A stretch of DNA of 64,000 nucleotides. Origin: Ascidiaceihabitans sp. (GTDB taxonomy: Bacteria; Pseudomonadota; Alphaproteobacteria; Rhodobacterales; Rhodobacteraceae). Shown piece after piece: positions 1 to 9,728 of the stretch (positions are counted from its first letter, which is position 1; each line of letters starts with the position of its first letter). The position numbers and the translations under genes were made by a program. The notes beneath the pieces are model-generated. The model was not told the origin of the DNA, did not search any database, and worked only from the letters and a program-made list of their open reading frames with translations. The stretch lies in the NCBI RefSeq assembly GCF_039975415.1, contig NZ_JBDWHD010000004.1; one strand, written 5' to 3'.

Positions 1-2
1 CC

Positions 3-308
3 GATATTCTTGCGATTTTGGGTAAAATGGCCAAGCAACGTGCTGACAGTGCCCGTGTCTATGAAGAAGGCGGCCGTTTGGATTTGGCGGAACGGGAACA
101 GGCGGAAATTGCGGTTATTGAAGAGTTTTTACCAAAACAACTAAGTGATGAAGAAGCCGCCGCCGCCGTTGAGGCCGCCGTTGTGGAAGTGGGCGCCGAC
201 AGCATCCGCGATATGGGCAAGGTGATGGGCGCTTTGAAAGCCAAATACACCGGCCAGATGGATTTCGGCGCTGTGGGGCCAATGGTCAAGGATCGCCTTT
301 GTTCGTAA
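3..308 (+). CDS. GatB/YqeY-domain protein, C-terminal part (5' end lies outside the window)
   Basis: The frame of ORF 18..308 stays open to the window edge. The sequence ...EEGGRLDLAEREQAEIAVIEEFLPKQLSDEE...IRDMGKVMGALKAKYTGQMD fits the YqeY/GatB C-terminal-like pattern. An intrinsic terminator follows. Confidence 0.75.
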   Translation, partial: DILAILGKMAKQRADSARVYEEGGRLDLAEREQAEIAVIEEFLPKQLSDEEAAAAVEAAVVEVGADSIRDMGKVMGALKAKYTGQMDFGAVGPMVKDRLCS

Positions 309-352
309 GCTGCGGGTGCACCAAGGTGCACCTTACGCGATTGAAGCGGTAA

Positions 353-376
353 GGCGGGGTTCAGCCCGCCTTTTTT
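353..376 (+). terminator. Rho-independent terminator
   Basis: Stem GGCGGG (353-358) / CCCGCC (365-370), 6-nt loop, then TTTTTT (371-376). Confidence 0.8.
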
Positions 377-384
377 CTTGGGGT

Positions 385-867
385 TTAGCGTTTCAATGCC
401 CGCAAGAGATCGTCGTATAGTTCAATCCGTTCTTCCTCGCTCAGGAATGCTCCGATTTCGACCTCGCGTCCGTTGCCGCGCAGCGTAACGTAATGCGGCA
501 CCGGACCGTCGGAGTCGTATTTCACAGCTTGGGTCCAATAGCGATTACATTCCCAAATCTGTTGGTCGCCCTTGGGATTGGTCCGCACCAACACGGCCGC
601 GTCCTCACTCAGGGTCAAAACTTCGACGATCTGGCGCGCTTTGTGGTTTCGTTGCAGCGCAAAGTAGATGCCCCAGACCGCCAGCAATAAAAATGGCAAA
701 AGCCCCCAAAGGATCGGTGATCCGAGCAGTGGCAATGTTGGGATCAGGATCAAGGTGAATGTAGACAGCACGAATGCAGCCATGCCTTTTGGCGGCAAGC
801 TTTCATGTGGCCAAAGCTGCATGACTTCAGGGCTGCTATGTGGTGGGTTGGTCCAGTGGTAAGGCAT
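385..867 (-). CDS. Integral membrane protein, DUF2244-like (cytochrome oxidase-associated neighbourhood)
   Basis: ORF 385..1008. I moved the start to ATG 867 (MPYHW...) because the long form would overlap the upstream gene. Two hydrophobic helices precede a soluble tail (...VTLRGNGREVEIGAFLSEEERIELYDDL). The family name is from memory. Confidence 0.65.
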   Translation of the reverse strand: MPYHWTNPPHSSPEVMQLWPHESLPPKGMAAFVLSTFTLILIPTLPLLGSPILWGLLPFLLLAVWGIYFALQRNHKARQIVEVLTLSEDAAVLVRTNPKGDQQIWECNRYWTQAVKYDSDGPVPHYVTLRGNGREVEIGAFLSEEERIELYDDLLRALKR

Positions 868-967
868 GTCTGCGTGTCTGTGGTTGCTGTCTACAAACAA
901 TAGCTTTGGATCCCAGTTGGCAACATGCGACGTTTCGTTCAGGGGCAGAGGTGCATCAAGATGCACC

Positions 968-1528
968 TTACGATTTGGTTTGAGGGATGAACCGCATACG
1001 CCAGACAACTGGTGCCAATATTATTACCATCAGACCTATCACAACGGCCACTTGGGCGCTGATATGGATATGTTCCAATATTGCATTGTGTCGGAGAGCT
1101 TCAAGAAAGGCGTCTTGGCTGGTGTGGGGGAGAGGGTCGTAGGTTCCACTTTCGGCATAATACGCGGCGATCTGACACGTCACAGTCGTCCAAAGGGCTG
1201 TAAGAACAAGTCGTTGTGTCCGCTTCCCCATCCACATGCGTGTGAGGTAGAGCCATAGCGCAAATCCCAAGAACCAAAGCCCAGGCGTTGCAAATCGGGA
1301 CGCAGGTGGAAACGGTATGAACCGGACCCCGGCATCCGTTTGGTATACCGCGTCCTGCAGGTGCAAATACAGCGTCAAATGGCCGACGCTGGCAAACAGG
1401 ATACCTATCCCCAAAGCATGCCAAGCTGGACGCATCTGAATCACACCGAGAACCAGACCTAGTCCAAAAACGGCGCCTGTGGTGCCGATATATAGTGCAT
1501 CTGGTGGGGGTGGGGACGCCAGCAACAT
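968..1528 (-). CDS. Hypothetical multi-pass membrane protein
   Basis: 186-aa ORF with several hydrophobic helices, co-oriented between ctaD and the DUF2244-like gene. I recognise no motif. Confidence 0.5.
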   Translation of the reverse strand: MLLASPPPPDALYIGTTGAVFGLGLVLGVIQMRPAWHALGIGILFASVGHLTLYLHLQDAVYQTDAGVRFIPFPPASRFATPGLWFLGFALWLYLTRMWMGKRTQRLVLTALWTTVTCQIAAYYAESGTYDPLPHTSQDAFLEALRHNAILEHIHISAQVAVVIGLMVIILAPVVWRMRFIPQTKS

Positions 1529-1571
1529 GGGCTTACCTGCAAATGGACCACGTGGATCTACACATTGGTGT

Positions 1572-1606
1572 CAAAAATAAAGGCCCCAACCGCCGTTGGG
1601 GCCTTT
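1572..1606 (-). terminator. Rho-independent terminator downstream of ctaD
   Basis: 11-bp stem AAGGCCCCAAC (1580-1590) / GTTGGGGCCTT (1595-1605) with a CGCC loop. On the minus strand it is followed by UAUUUUUG. It sits 24 nt after the ctaD stop. Confidence 0.8.
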
Positions 1607-1629
1607 TGATGTTTATGAACCTTGTCAGT

Positions 1630-3312
1630 TTAGTGACCTGGCTGCTTGTCCCAGTCTTCCTGCTTTGGAAGAATTTCGAACGTGTGCTCTGGGGGAGGAG
1701 ACGGCAATGTCCACTCCAGCGTGTCCGCGTATTCATTCCATGGGTTGGCTTCCGTCACACGCGCACCTTTCAGCAGCGTGTAAGCAATGATGCCGAAGAA
1801 GAACAAGAAGGACGCAAAGCTTAGGAATGCGCCGTAAGACGACCATACGTTCCAGTAAGCAAATTGCTCAGGGTAGTCGATGTAACGACGTGGCATGCCC
1901 TGACGGCCCAGGAAGTGCTGTGGGAAGAACGTCAGGTTGGCCCCGATGAACATCGCCCAGAAGTGCAGCTTGCCCGCCCATTCAGGATACATACGGCCCG
2001 ACATTTTCGGCAGGTAGAAGTAGATGCCTGCGAAGATGGCGAAGACCGCGCCCAAGGACATCACGTAGTGGAAGTGTGCCACAACGTAGTATGTGTCGTG
2101 ATAGTAACGGTCCACAGCGGCTTGCGACAATACGATCCCTGTGACCCCACCAAGTGTGAAGAGGAACAAGAAACCGAAGGCCCAAAGCATTGGTGTTTTG
2201 AACTCAATCGAGCCGCCCCACATGGTCGCAATCCAGCTAAAGACCTTGACGCCTGTGGGCACCGCGATGACCATCGTCGCCAACATAAAGTAGGCTTGCT
2301 GGTTCAGTGACATGCCGACTGTGTACATGTGGTGCGCCCACACAACAAAGCCCAACACGCCGATTGCGATGATCGCCCAAACCATTGGCAGGTAGCCAAA
2401 GATCGGCTTGCGCGCGAAGGTCGCGATGACGTGGGAAATGATGCCAAAGCCGGGCAGGATGATGATGTAGACCTCTGGGTGCCCAAAGAACCACAGGATG
2501 TGCTGGTACAAGACCGGATCGCCACCGCCTGCTGGATCAAAGAAGGTGAACCCAAAGTTACGGTCCATCAAAAGCATTGTGATCGCGCCCGCCAGAACTG
2601 GCAAAGACAACAGGATCAGCCAGCTTGTGACAAAGATCGACCATGAAAACAACGGCACCTTGAACAGGGTCATGCCGGGGGCACGCATGTTCAGGAAGGT
2701 TGTGATCATGTTGATCGCGCCCAGAATGGACGAGGCACCAGAGACGTGCACCGCGAAGATCGCAAGGTCCATGGACATGCCACCTTCGTTCACCGACAGC
2801 GGTGGATACAAAACCCAACCGACACCGGACCCAAGCTGGTCGTTGCCACCCGGTGACAGAACAGAGCAGACCGCCAATGTTGTACCGGCGACATAAAGCC
2901 AGAACGACAGGTTGTTCATGCGTGGAAAGGCCATGTCAGGCGCGCCGATTTGCAACGGCATGAAGTAGTTGCCAAAGCCGCCGAAGAGCGCCGGAATAAC
3001 CACAAAGAACATCATCAAGATGCCGTGGCCTGTGATCAGAACGTTCCAGAGGTGTCCGTTTGGAATACACTCTCGCGCAGCGTCTGCAATAAAGCGTGCG
3101 CCACCTGACTCAGGCGCACACATGTACTGCACGCCGGGTTCCATCAGCTCAAGGCGCATGTAAACGGTGAATGCTACAGAAATAAAGCCAACAAAGGCTG
3201 AGACAAACAGGTACAGAATACCGATGTCTTTGTGGTTTGTGGACATGAACCAACGCGTGAAAAACCCGCGATCGTCTTCATGGTCGTGCCCGTGAATGGC
3301 TGCGTCTGCCAT
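1630..3312 (-). CDS. ctaD: Cytochrome c oxidase subunit I (aa3-type)
   Basis: Unmistakable CoxI sequence ([20 protein letters not shown]..., [18 protein letters not shown]). I chose ATG 3312 (MADAAIHG) because AGGAGG lies 6 nt upstream. Confidence 0.95.
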   Translation of the reverse strand: MADAAIHGHDHEDDRGFFTRWFMSTNHKDIGILYLFVSAFVGFISVAFTVYMRLELMEPGVQYMCAPESGGARFIADAARECIPNGHLWNVLITGHGILMMFFVVIPALFGGFGNYFMPLQIGAPDMAFPRMNNLSFWLYVAGTTLAVCSVLSPGGNDQLGSGVGWVLYPPLSVNEGGMSMDLAIFAVHVSGASSILGAINMITTFLNMRAPGMTLFKVPLFSWSIFVTSWLILLSLPVLAGAITMLLMDRNFGFTFFDPAGGGDPVLYQHILWFFGHPEVYIIILPGFGIISHVIATFARKPIFGYLPMVWAIIAIGVLGFVVWAHHMYTVGMSLNQQAYFMLATMVIAVPTGVKVFSWIATMWGGSIEFKTPMLWAFGFLFLFTLGGVTGIVLSQAAVDRYYHDTYYVVAHFHYVMSLGAVFAIFAGIYFYLPKMSGRMYPEWAGKLHFWAMFIGANLTFFPQHFLGRQGMPRRYIDYPEQFAYWNVWSSYGAFLSFASFLFFFGIIAYTLLKGARVTEANPWNEYADTLEWTLPSPPPEHTFEILPKQEDWDKQPGH

Positions 3313-3685
3313 GCGGTGCCTCCTGATAATGGTGTGATCCACGCAACGGTTCCCGCGTCACGTGGGGATTCCGCTCGGTTCTAATGGACGAATGGTTACT
3401 GGGCAATGTCTGAAACTTGCCTGAAAGCGGAAAAATATCCGTGTCAGCAGGGGTTTGCGTTGTAATCTATGGCTTTGTGGGGATTATCGCCTTGAAACCT
3501 GCGACGATGTGACAGGTCTGATTGAACCTTATATGCACAATCGCGCAAGTCGGATGTCTTTCAGCGGCACAATCCGGGCGAAAACGGTGTGACATAGCTG
3601 CGATGTGGAAACGTACCAATTGTTTGAGCGTTTTGTTCCTCTACGAGGTGCTGGTCGCTGCCTGGCTTTGGGTGTCTGGCATTTC

Positions 3686-4705
3686 TTAGGCAGAACGCAG
3701 AAAGACTACGTTTGGTGCATAGGTTTGTGCAACATCTGCGGTGCGATCCGGTAAGCGTTCCATAAGGGTACGTGCCTCATTGCCGCGCAAGACCGGGCGG
3801 CTGGTGGTGGAATGTGCGGCATTTGCCATGTCAAAACCATCGGCTACGGCCCAGACCTTACCATTGTCCAGAACCCTCTCTGGCATGTCACCCAAAAACA
3901 GGCTTTCAACCCAGACACCTTCCACATGCATCAAAGCATGGTGTTCCAGCAGGATGTGGTAGTAGGTGACGTCGAATTCAGCGGCCTGCTGGTGCACCAT
4001 CCCGTAACCAAGCGCCGTTTTGGCCGCGACAAGCACCTCGGGTTTGTCGAACAGATATTGCGCGGCAGGGTCGTTGATCAGCAAACGGTGGGCTGGCGAC
4101 AGATGCAGGTCGCGGGTGTTGCCAAAGCTGCCGGCAGGCAACACGACAGGGCGAAAATTGCGGTTTAGACGTTGTTCGGCAGGTGAATAGCTTTGTTGGC
4201 TGATGGCTTTGATCGGCATAAATCCAGCATCGCGGGTGATGACCGCATCGCCGGGCCGCAATTCTTCAATGGGTAGTTCACCTTTGCGGGTCATGACGCG
4301 GGTGCCTGCTGTAAAACAGGGAATTGTCATGTCTGTTTGGGGCCGGGTTTCATGGTGCCACGCGCCGGTTTGTGCCGTGCCGGGAAAACCGAAAGGCAAA
4401 CCACCCAGTTTTGCTGTGCTGATGTATTCTTGGCTGTCCGTGTTTACCAAGATCAGGTTGTCCACACGGTTGCGTGTGCGCGGCATTGGGTCGGCCAAAT
4501 TCATCCGGGCACGCCCGCGCAGGCGATCATCGGATGAAAATTCATGCAACAGCCCCTCGTACTGTGACCAGATTTGAAACGGACCAAGCGGCACGGCACA
4601 GTGGGACACGTTCTGCAGCGTGATAGTTTTCATATGCGGCATATCATGGCTTGTGGCGTCGTAGCGCTGATCCGTCACGTATAGCCCGTCCAGTTTATCT
4701 TGCAT
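3686..4705 (-). CDS. Hint (Hedgehog/intein-like) domain-containing protein
   Basis: Contains the CFTAGTRVMT...PIEELRPGD...VTYYHILLEHHALMHVEGVWVESL Hint_2-type module. I chose ATG 4705 (MQDKLDG) because AAGGA lies upstream. The N-terminal 150 aa have no motif I recognise. Confidence 0.8.
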   Translation of the reverse strand: MQDKLDGLYVTDQRYDATSHDMPHMKTITLQNVSHCAVPLGPFQIWSQYEGLLHEFSSDDRLRGRARMNLADPMPRTRNRVDNLILVNTDSQEYISTAKLGGLPFGFPGTAQTGAWHHETRPQTDMTIPCFTAGTRVMTRKGELPIEELRPGDAVITRDAGFMPIKAISQQSYSPAEQRLNRNFRPVVLPAGSFGNTRDLHLSPAHRLLINDPAAQYLFDKPEVLVAAKTALGYGMVHQQAAEFDVTYYHILLEHHALMHVEGVWVESLFLGDMPERVLDNGKVWAVADGFDMANAAHSTTSRPVLRGNEARTLMERLPDRTADVAQTYAPNVVFLRSA

Positions 4706-4949
4706 GGCATGTTCCTTTACATCCGTAGCGACGTGGTTAGCGGCGAAAAGGGGCGACAATCGGGCGAAGCTGCGGGTTTTGGGTGACCCAACTGCGGCGG
4801 AGTACAGGCAAAGTGGGTTGGGCGGGTCAATTGCCTCAATTTTGTCAAAATTGCTCTAAATTTGTACCTTCCAGGGCCCAGTCAGACCCAACTCTGCGTC
4901 TTTTTCAGCTGTCAAAGGTGAATGAACCTGACAGAGATTGGAAAAATAC

Positions 4950-6260
4950 ATGGCGACCAACGACAACACCAATCCCGGCACCGAAGGCGATCAAACGCTG
5001 ACGGGAAGCACGTCAAACGACACCTTGACCGGTGGGTTTGGCAACGACACTTTAACCGGTGGCGCGGGCAATGACGTGTTAAGTGGCGATAGACCCGTCT
5101 AGGGGGCGTGGCATTTCGAAACCTTCGACAAGGATTTTACCTCTGCCGCTGGGCAGGCGTTTGATATCGAAGACGGCACACGCACCGGGTCGGGTTATGT
5201 GTCTGATTTCAACGAAGGCGGGCTGACCAATTCGGTGCGCGGCACCACAGGCAATCCCGAAGATTTTGGCGTTGTATATACAAGTACGCTGAACACGACA
5301 GCAGGCGGCACGTACCGGCTGACAACGGCTTCGGACGATGGGTCTACGATCCAGATCTTTGATTCAGCGGGTAATCCTGTCAGTTTTGCTAACCAGACCG
5401 GCGGCACGCTGGACTATTTGAACAACGACTTTGACCAACCCACAACCACGCGCTTTGGCGATGTGGTCCTTGATCCGAATGAGACATACACCATCCAGAT
5501 CCGCTATTGGGAGAATCTTGGGGGATACATTATCTGCCACGATTTCGGTCACGGGCACACCTGCGGGCGTTGAAGGCGACGATTCCATCGACGGGGGCGC
5601 AGGCGACGATGTGCTGACTGGCGGGGCAGGCGATGACGTCTTTGTCTACAACCCCGGTGACGGCAATGACACGATCACCGATTTCAACGCGGGCAATTCC
5701 GGCGTTCTGGATGACAACGACCAAACCAACAATGATTTTCTGGACCTCAATCAATACGACACCTCGATCTTCGAGTTGCGCGAAGACTTGAATGATGACG
5801 GGGTTTTGAAGCAATCTGTTGGAGATTTCACCGCCGGTGCCATGATTGAAACCGATCAAGGCCTTGTCGCGGTCGAACAGCTGACGACAGATATGAAACT
5901 GCAGACGTCCGACAACGGCGCACAGCCTGTGCGGGCTATTTTGTCCCGTATTGTGGATGGTCGGGGAAAATTTGCTCCGGTTGTGATCGCCAAAGGTGCG
6001 CTGGCAACGGCGACACGATTTTCCGCAAACCGGTTGCAGAAGTCACATATTACCACATTTTGATTGATCGACATGAAATCATCTATGCGGAAGGGGTGCC
6101 CACCGAAAGCTACCATATGGATGATGCCGCGCTGCACGACGATGATGTCGCCCTAGAGCTGCAGGACCTGTTTCCAGAGCTGTTGCGCTGTGCAAGCGAA
6201 AGTGCGCGGGTGACATTGCGCGGGTACGAAAAGCAAGCGTTGCAGGCTTTGCCCCCCTAG
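4950..6260 (+). pseudogene. Decayed RTX-repeat / PA14-like / Hint-domain protein gene
   Basis: The ATG at 4950 opens GGxGxD nonapeptide repeats. There is an in-frame TAG at 5100-5102. A PA14-like segment follows (GGTYRLTTASDDGSTIQIF...[15 protein letters not shown]). A frameshift sits in the G5 run at 5520-5524. More RTX repeats and a Hint module follow, with a second frameshift near 6000-6004. The final frame ends at 6260. Confidence 0.7.
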
Positions 6261-6277
6261 AGTCGTATCCACAGACC

Positions 6278-6928
6278 TTAAGCCGTGTTGAAAACTTGAT
6301 CGAAGCTGCGCCGCAGCGCGACATCTACGTCGTCCATGCTGACCGGCAGGCCAAGATCGACCAAGGACGTCACCCCATGTTGGGTGATGCCGCATGGCAC
6401 GATGCCTGAAAAATGGTCCAGATCGGGTTCCACATTGATGGAAAGACCGTGAAAACTGATCCATTTGCGCAACCGGATGCCGATGGCTGCAATTTTGTCT
6501 TCAGCCAGCGAGCCATCCGCCATGAGCGGTTTATCGGGACGTTCAACCCAGACGCCCACACGGCCTTCGCGGATGTGGCCGTCGACGTTGAATTCTGACA
6601 GGGCCGCAATCACCCAAGCCTCAAGCTGTTGCACGAACAGGCGCACATCGCGCCCCCGCTTTCCCACATCCAGCATGGTATAGGCCACCCGCTGGCCGGG
6701 ACCGTGATAGGTGTATTGGCCACCCCGTTTGGTGTCGAACACTGCAAACCGGTCGGGATCGGTCAGGTCTTCGCGCTTGGCCGATGTGCCTGCGGTGTAG
6801 AGCGGCGGATGTTCGACCAGCCAGATGCATTCGGGCGCAGTGCCCGCTGCGATCTGTGCCACACGGTCTTCCATCCAAACCTCTGCCATGCGGTATTCTG
6901 TCAAACCGGGGGCGGTGATCCATTCCAT
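6278..6928 (-). CDS. lipB: Octanoyltransferase (lipoyl(octanoyl) transferase)
   Basis: Full-length LipB-like sequence ([10 protein letters not shown]...[12 protein letters not shown]...[22 protein letters not shown]). Confidence 0.93.
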   Translation of the reverse strand: MEWITAPGLTEYRMAEVWMEDRVAQIAAGTAPECIWLVEHPPLYTAGTSAKREDLTDPDRFAVFDTKRGGQYTYHGPGQRVAYTMLDVGKRGRDVRLFVQQLEAWVIAALSEFNVDGHIREGRVGVWVERPDKPLMADGSLAEDKIAAIGIRLRKWISFHGLSINVEPDLDHFSGIVPCGITQHGVTSLVDLGLPVSMDDVDVALRRSFDQVFNTA

Positions 6929-6932
6929 AGGC

Positions 6933-7595
6933 TCAGGCGGCCTCGTTCAGGGTTTGTTGCAAGATTTGCGCATAATTGTCTGCGCCTTGGGCACCGGTCA
7001 CCAGATATTTTCCGGCAAAAATCATAGAAGGCACCCCCGACACGCCGCGCGACGTCCAGAACTGTTGTTTTTCACGCACAGTGTCCGCCAGTTCACCCGT
7101 GTCGATGACGCGGGCGACATCCACCGGATCAAGGCCAACCGATGCTGCGACGTCAATCAACACCGCACGATCGGACAGGTCGCGCTGGTCAGTGAAATGC
7201 GCATCAAAAAATGCCATCTTCAGCGGATGTTGCACCCCTTGGCTGAGGGCAAAGTCCAGCACTTGGTGCGTTAGAAACGTGTTCCACATCCGGCTGTCCG
7301 GCGTCCAGTTGAACTGAAACCCCAGTGACGTGCCAAGGTCGGTCATTTGTTGACGCGCCGCTGCGGATTGTTCGGCGGTGCTGCCGTATTTTTGCTGAAT
7401 ATGTTCCGAGGTGTTTTGCCCTGTGACTGGCATGTCGGGGTTCAATTCGAAGGGATGCCAGCGGATACGCGCACCGATACCCGTTGCAGCCAATGCCTGT
7501 TCGAGTTGCTTGTAACCGATAATGCACCATGGGCACATCACGTCCGACACGATGTCTACATCCAAAACGGGACCTTGGGGGGCTGTATCTGCCAT
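6933..7595 (-). CDS. DsbA-family (FrnE-like) thiol oxidoreductase
   Basis: CPWC active-site motif in [21 protein letters not shown] chose ATG 7595 (MADTAP) because GGAG lies upstream. Confidence 0.85.
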   Translation of the reverse strand: MADTAPQGPVLDVDIVSDVMCPWCIIGYKQLEQALAATGIGARIRWHPFELNPDMPVTGQNTSEHIQQKYGSTAEQSAAARQQMTDLGTSLGFQFNWTPDSRMWNTFLTHQVLDFALSQGVQHPLKMAFFDAHFTDQRDLSDRAVLIDVAASVGLDPVDVARVIDTGELADTVREKQQFWTSRGVSGVPSMIFAGKYLVTGAQGADNYAQILQQTLNEAA

Positions 7596-7668
7596 GCGTT
7601 TCTCCGGGGAATGATCTGTTGGTGGTAAGATCATGCCCCTTGATGCGAATTGCAAGGCCGCGCCTTGT

Positions 7669-8670
7669 CTAAGAAACAGTCACATACGGAGGTGTGATCG
7701 GTCCCGGCATCGGGGACGCGCCGCTGGCATCATTGGTGATTTGTTTGGCCCCCAAAAGATGCAAATAGCTGTTGTGGTTGTGCTGTCCGCCGATCTGCTC
7801 AAAGAAATGGAGGTCGGGCAGGGGAACGCTTTGGGTCAGGGCCTGCTGCGAGGGTTGCGCCCAAGTGCCGGCCAAGGATGCAATGTGGGCCGCATAATTC
7901 ACCAGTTTTTTGATGGCGTAACCTTCCCAGTCGTCAGGAATGGGACCGGGAATGGACTTGGTGATAATGTCCATGATCGCGTCATACCCCAAAGGCACGA
8001 TGTCCAACGGATTTATCACAAACCAACAGTCCACATTGTCAGCGACCCAAGTGGCAAATGCAGGATTGCCAGACGTCGGAGGGGCGAATGCAAACCCTTT
8101 GAAGGTCGCTGCAATGCCGGGGATGTTGTTCCACCCGTTCTGAAGGGCCGCTTGCATCATAGGGACAAGGGCCGCGCCCTGACTATGACCATTCACATAA
8201 ACCGTTTGCCCCTGTGTGATCTGGCCCGCGACATAGGCTTGCAGCGTCAGTCCGGTGTCCGGATCTTTGGCATCCAGCATCTCCGACAGGGCATTGTGGA
8301 ATTCAGTAGACACCGCAGCGCCCGTGGTATTGCCAGTGGGAAACGTTGTTTGGCCACTTGGCAGATCTTCAAGACGCGACAGAAATTGCGTCGTTGTGCC
8401 CCGTAAATTGACAGCCAATTCGCCTGAAACCGTATTCAGGGCGACATAGACCAAATTGTCGGTCAGGGGGGTCTGCACTGGCCCCCAGACAACGGTCCAC
8501 GTGTGATCTGCGCAAAATTCATTGCTGTTCAACTGGCCAGTTATGCGGGCTTTGACCACGCTCATTGGGGGGTATTCGCCGGCTTTGGAATCTTTGGTGT
8601 CAGCGGCATAAGCGAGAGCAGCTAGCGTCAGCTGGACCTGCGCCTGAGAAAGCGGAAAAGGATTTGTCAT
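7669..8670 (-). CDS. Class-3 lipase-like alpha/beta hydrolase
   Basis: GHSQG nucleophile elbow in VYVNGHSQGAALV. The overall layout fits the Lipase_3 family. I chose ATG 8670 (MTNPFP). Confidence 0.7.
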   Translation of the reverse strand: MTNPFPLSQAQVQLTLAALAYAADTKDSKAGEYPPMSVVKARITGQLNSNEFCADHTWTVVWGPVQTPLTDNLVYVALNTVSGELAVNLRGTTTQFLSRLEDLPSGQTTFPTGNTTGAAVSTEFHNALSEMLDAKDPDTGLTLQAYVAGQITQGQTVYVNGHSQGAALVPMMQAALQNGWNNIPGIAATFKGFAFAPPTSGNPAFATWVADNVDCWFVINPLDIVPLGYDAIMDIITKSIPGPIPDDWEGYAIKKLVNYAAHIASLAGTWAQPSQQALTQSVPLPDLHFFEQIGGQHNHNSYLHLLGAKQITNDASGASPMPGPITPPYVTVS

Positions 8671-8809
8671 GAAAATTCCATGCTTTGTGAATGATTTTGT
8701 AAAAATGACTACGCGTATAGCGGGAGTTTGCACTGAGTTTTGCTTTACGTCAATTTTCTCTTCACATCTGTGCGCAAGGGGGGTAAAGCCTGCTCACCAT
8801 CCATGGCGT

Positions 8810-8895
8810 GCGGTCGTGGCGGAATGGTAGACGCGCAGCGTTGAGGTCGCTGTGGGGTAACACCCGTGGAAGTTCGAGTCTTCTCGACCGCACCA
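8810..8895 (+). tRNA. tRNA-Leu (anticodon GAG)
   Basis: Acceptor stem GCGGTCG/CGACCGC, anticodon loop TTGAGGT, long variable arm (class II), T-loop TTCGAGT, encoded CCA. Confidence 0.9.
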
Positions 8896-9100
8896 ATCTC
8901 ATAAATTCGAACGATCCGGCCGATTTATCTTTTGAGTTCGGAAAATGTCCGAACGGGCGCACTAAAATTCTCTTACATTTTGTAATTTGCACCGCGGCCT
9001 TTCTGACACTGGCGGCGCTAGCCGTTTGCGTATCGTGTTCCAAATTTGTGGGAATCAAGCGATTGGGCTTGGCCAAATTATAGTAAGATATCAAGGCACT

Positions 9101-9131
9101 GAAACGACGAAGGGCCACCCGAAGGTGACCC
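9101..9131 (-). terminator. Probable terminator downstream of tRNA-Gly
   Basis: On the minus strand the hairpin is GGGUCACC-UUCG-GGUGGCCC (one G-U pair), followed by UUCGUCGUUUC. Confidence 0.5.
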
Positions 9132-9163
9132 TATCGTTAACCACCGGGGTATGGTGGTTATAT

Positions 9164-9238
9164 TGGAGCGGGCGAGGCGATTCGAACGCCCGACCCTAAC
9201 CTTGGCAAGGTTATGCTCTACCCCTGAGCTACGCCCGC
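9164..9238 (-). tRNA. tRNA-Gly (anticodon GCC)
   Basis: The reverse complement folds as a cloverleaf: acceptor GCGGGCG/CGCCCGC, D stem GCTC/GAGC, anticodon loop TTGCCAA, T-loop TTCGAAT, encoded CCA. Confidence 0.9.
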
Positions 9239-9518
9239 TTCCTTGAGAGGCGGAATATAATCGCTACACAAAACCTGCAAGGGCTAATTTTCAAGAAATG
9301 CAAAAAAAATGAGTTATCGCGACGGAAGGTCTTTGGCGCTGCGTATTAAGGGCATGACGAGACGACGATGCAGCAACTGCACCTTGCAAAACTGCGCTGA
9401 TATTTTTTGGAGGGTTCGATGGATTCTATCTTCGGAAAAAGTACCGGTGCAGTGTGCCGGCGCAAAGAGACGCAGAGGCCTGCGCATCGTTTTCTAAAAA
9501 TAAAAACAGGAGGTTAAG

Positions 9519-9650
9519 ATGAGTGTTTTAGGTGATTTAAAGCTGGCGCTTCTGGTCGTTTTCATCGGCATCGGAAGCGCTGTCCAATCGGACGCGGGAA
9601 GTTTGCACTTAGATGCGCATGGGGATGTGTGCATCATGGCCACTCAATAG
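9519..9650 (+). CDS. Candidate 43-aa secreted or membrane peptide (not in the ORF track)
   Basis: AGGAGG lies 5 nt upstream of ATG 9519. The product is MSVLGDLKLALLVVFIGIGSAVQSDAGSLHLDAHGDVCIMATQ, which has a signal-peptide-like N-terminus. Confidence 0.3.
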   Translation: MSVLGDLKLALLVVFIGIGSAVQSDAGSLHLDAHGDVCIMATQ

Positions 9651-9728
9651 GCTGCAATCCCCAAAATGGGTCTTTGGAGGTGCGCGACGCCAATGTTGTG
9701 CCGCGCGCCCCCGTCTTATGGGAAGTGC

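Noticed and set aside
385-1008. Long form of the DUF2244-like ORF. The same question applies to the long N-terminal extensions of ctaD, murD, lpxC, ftsQ, gatB, the flavoprotein and others in the ORF track.
   Set aside because: The extensions overlap upstream genes or lack SD sequences. Internal starts have SD-like sequences and reproduce the conserved N-termini of the families.
5100-5102. In-frame TAG in the RTX/PA14/Hint gene as possible programmed read-through or recoding.
   Set aside because: The same gene also has two frameshifts and has lost the Hint nucleophile Cys. Plain gene decay is the simpler explanation.
8762-9118. 118-aa minus-strand ORF, and ORFs 8808..9083 and 8987..9199.
   Set aside because: They run through the tRNA-Leu gene and the tRNA-Gly terminator region. 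They have no SD sequence or motifs and sit in an AT-rich spacer.
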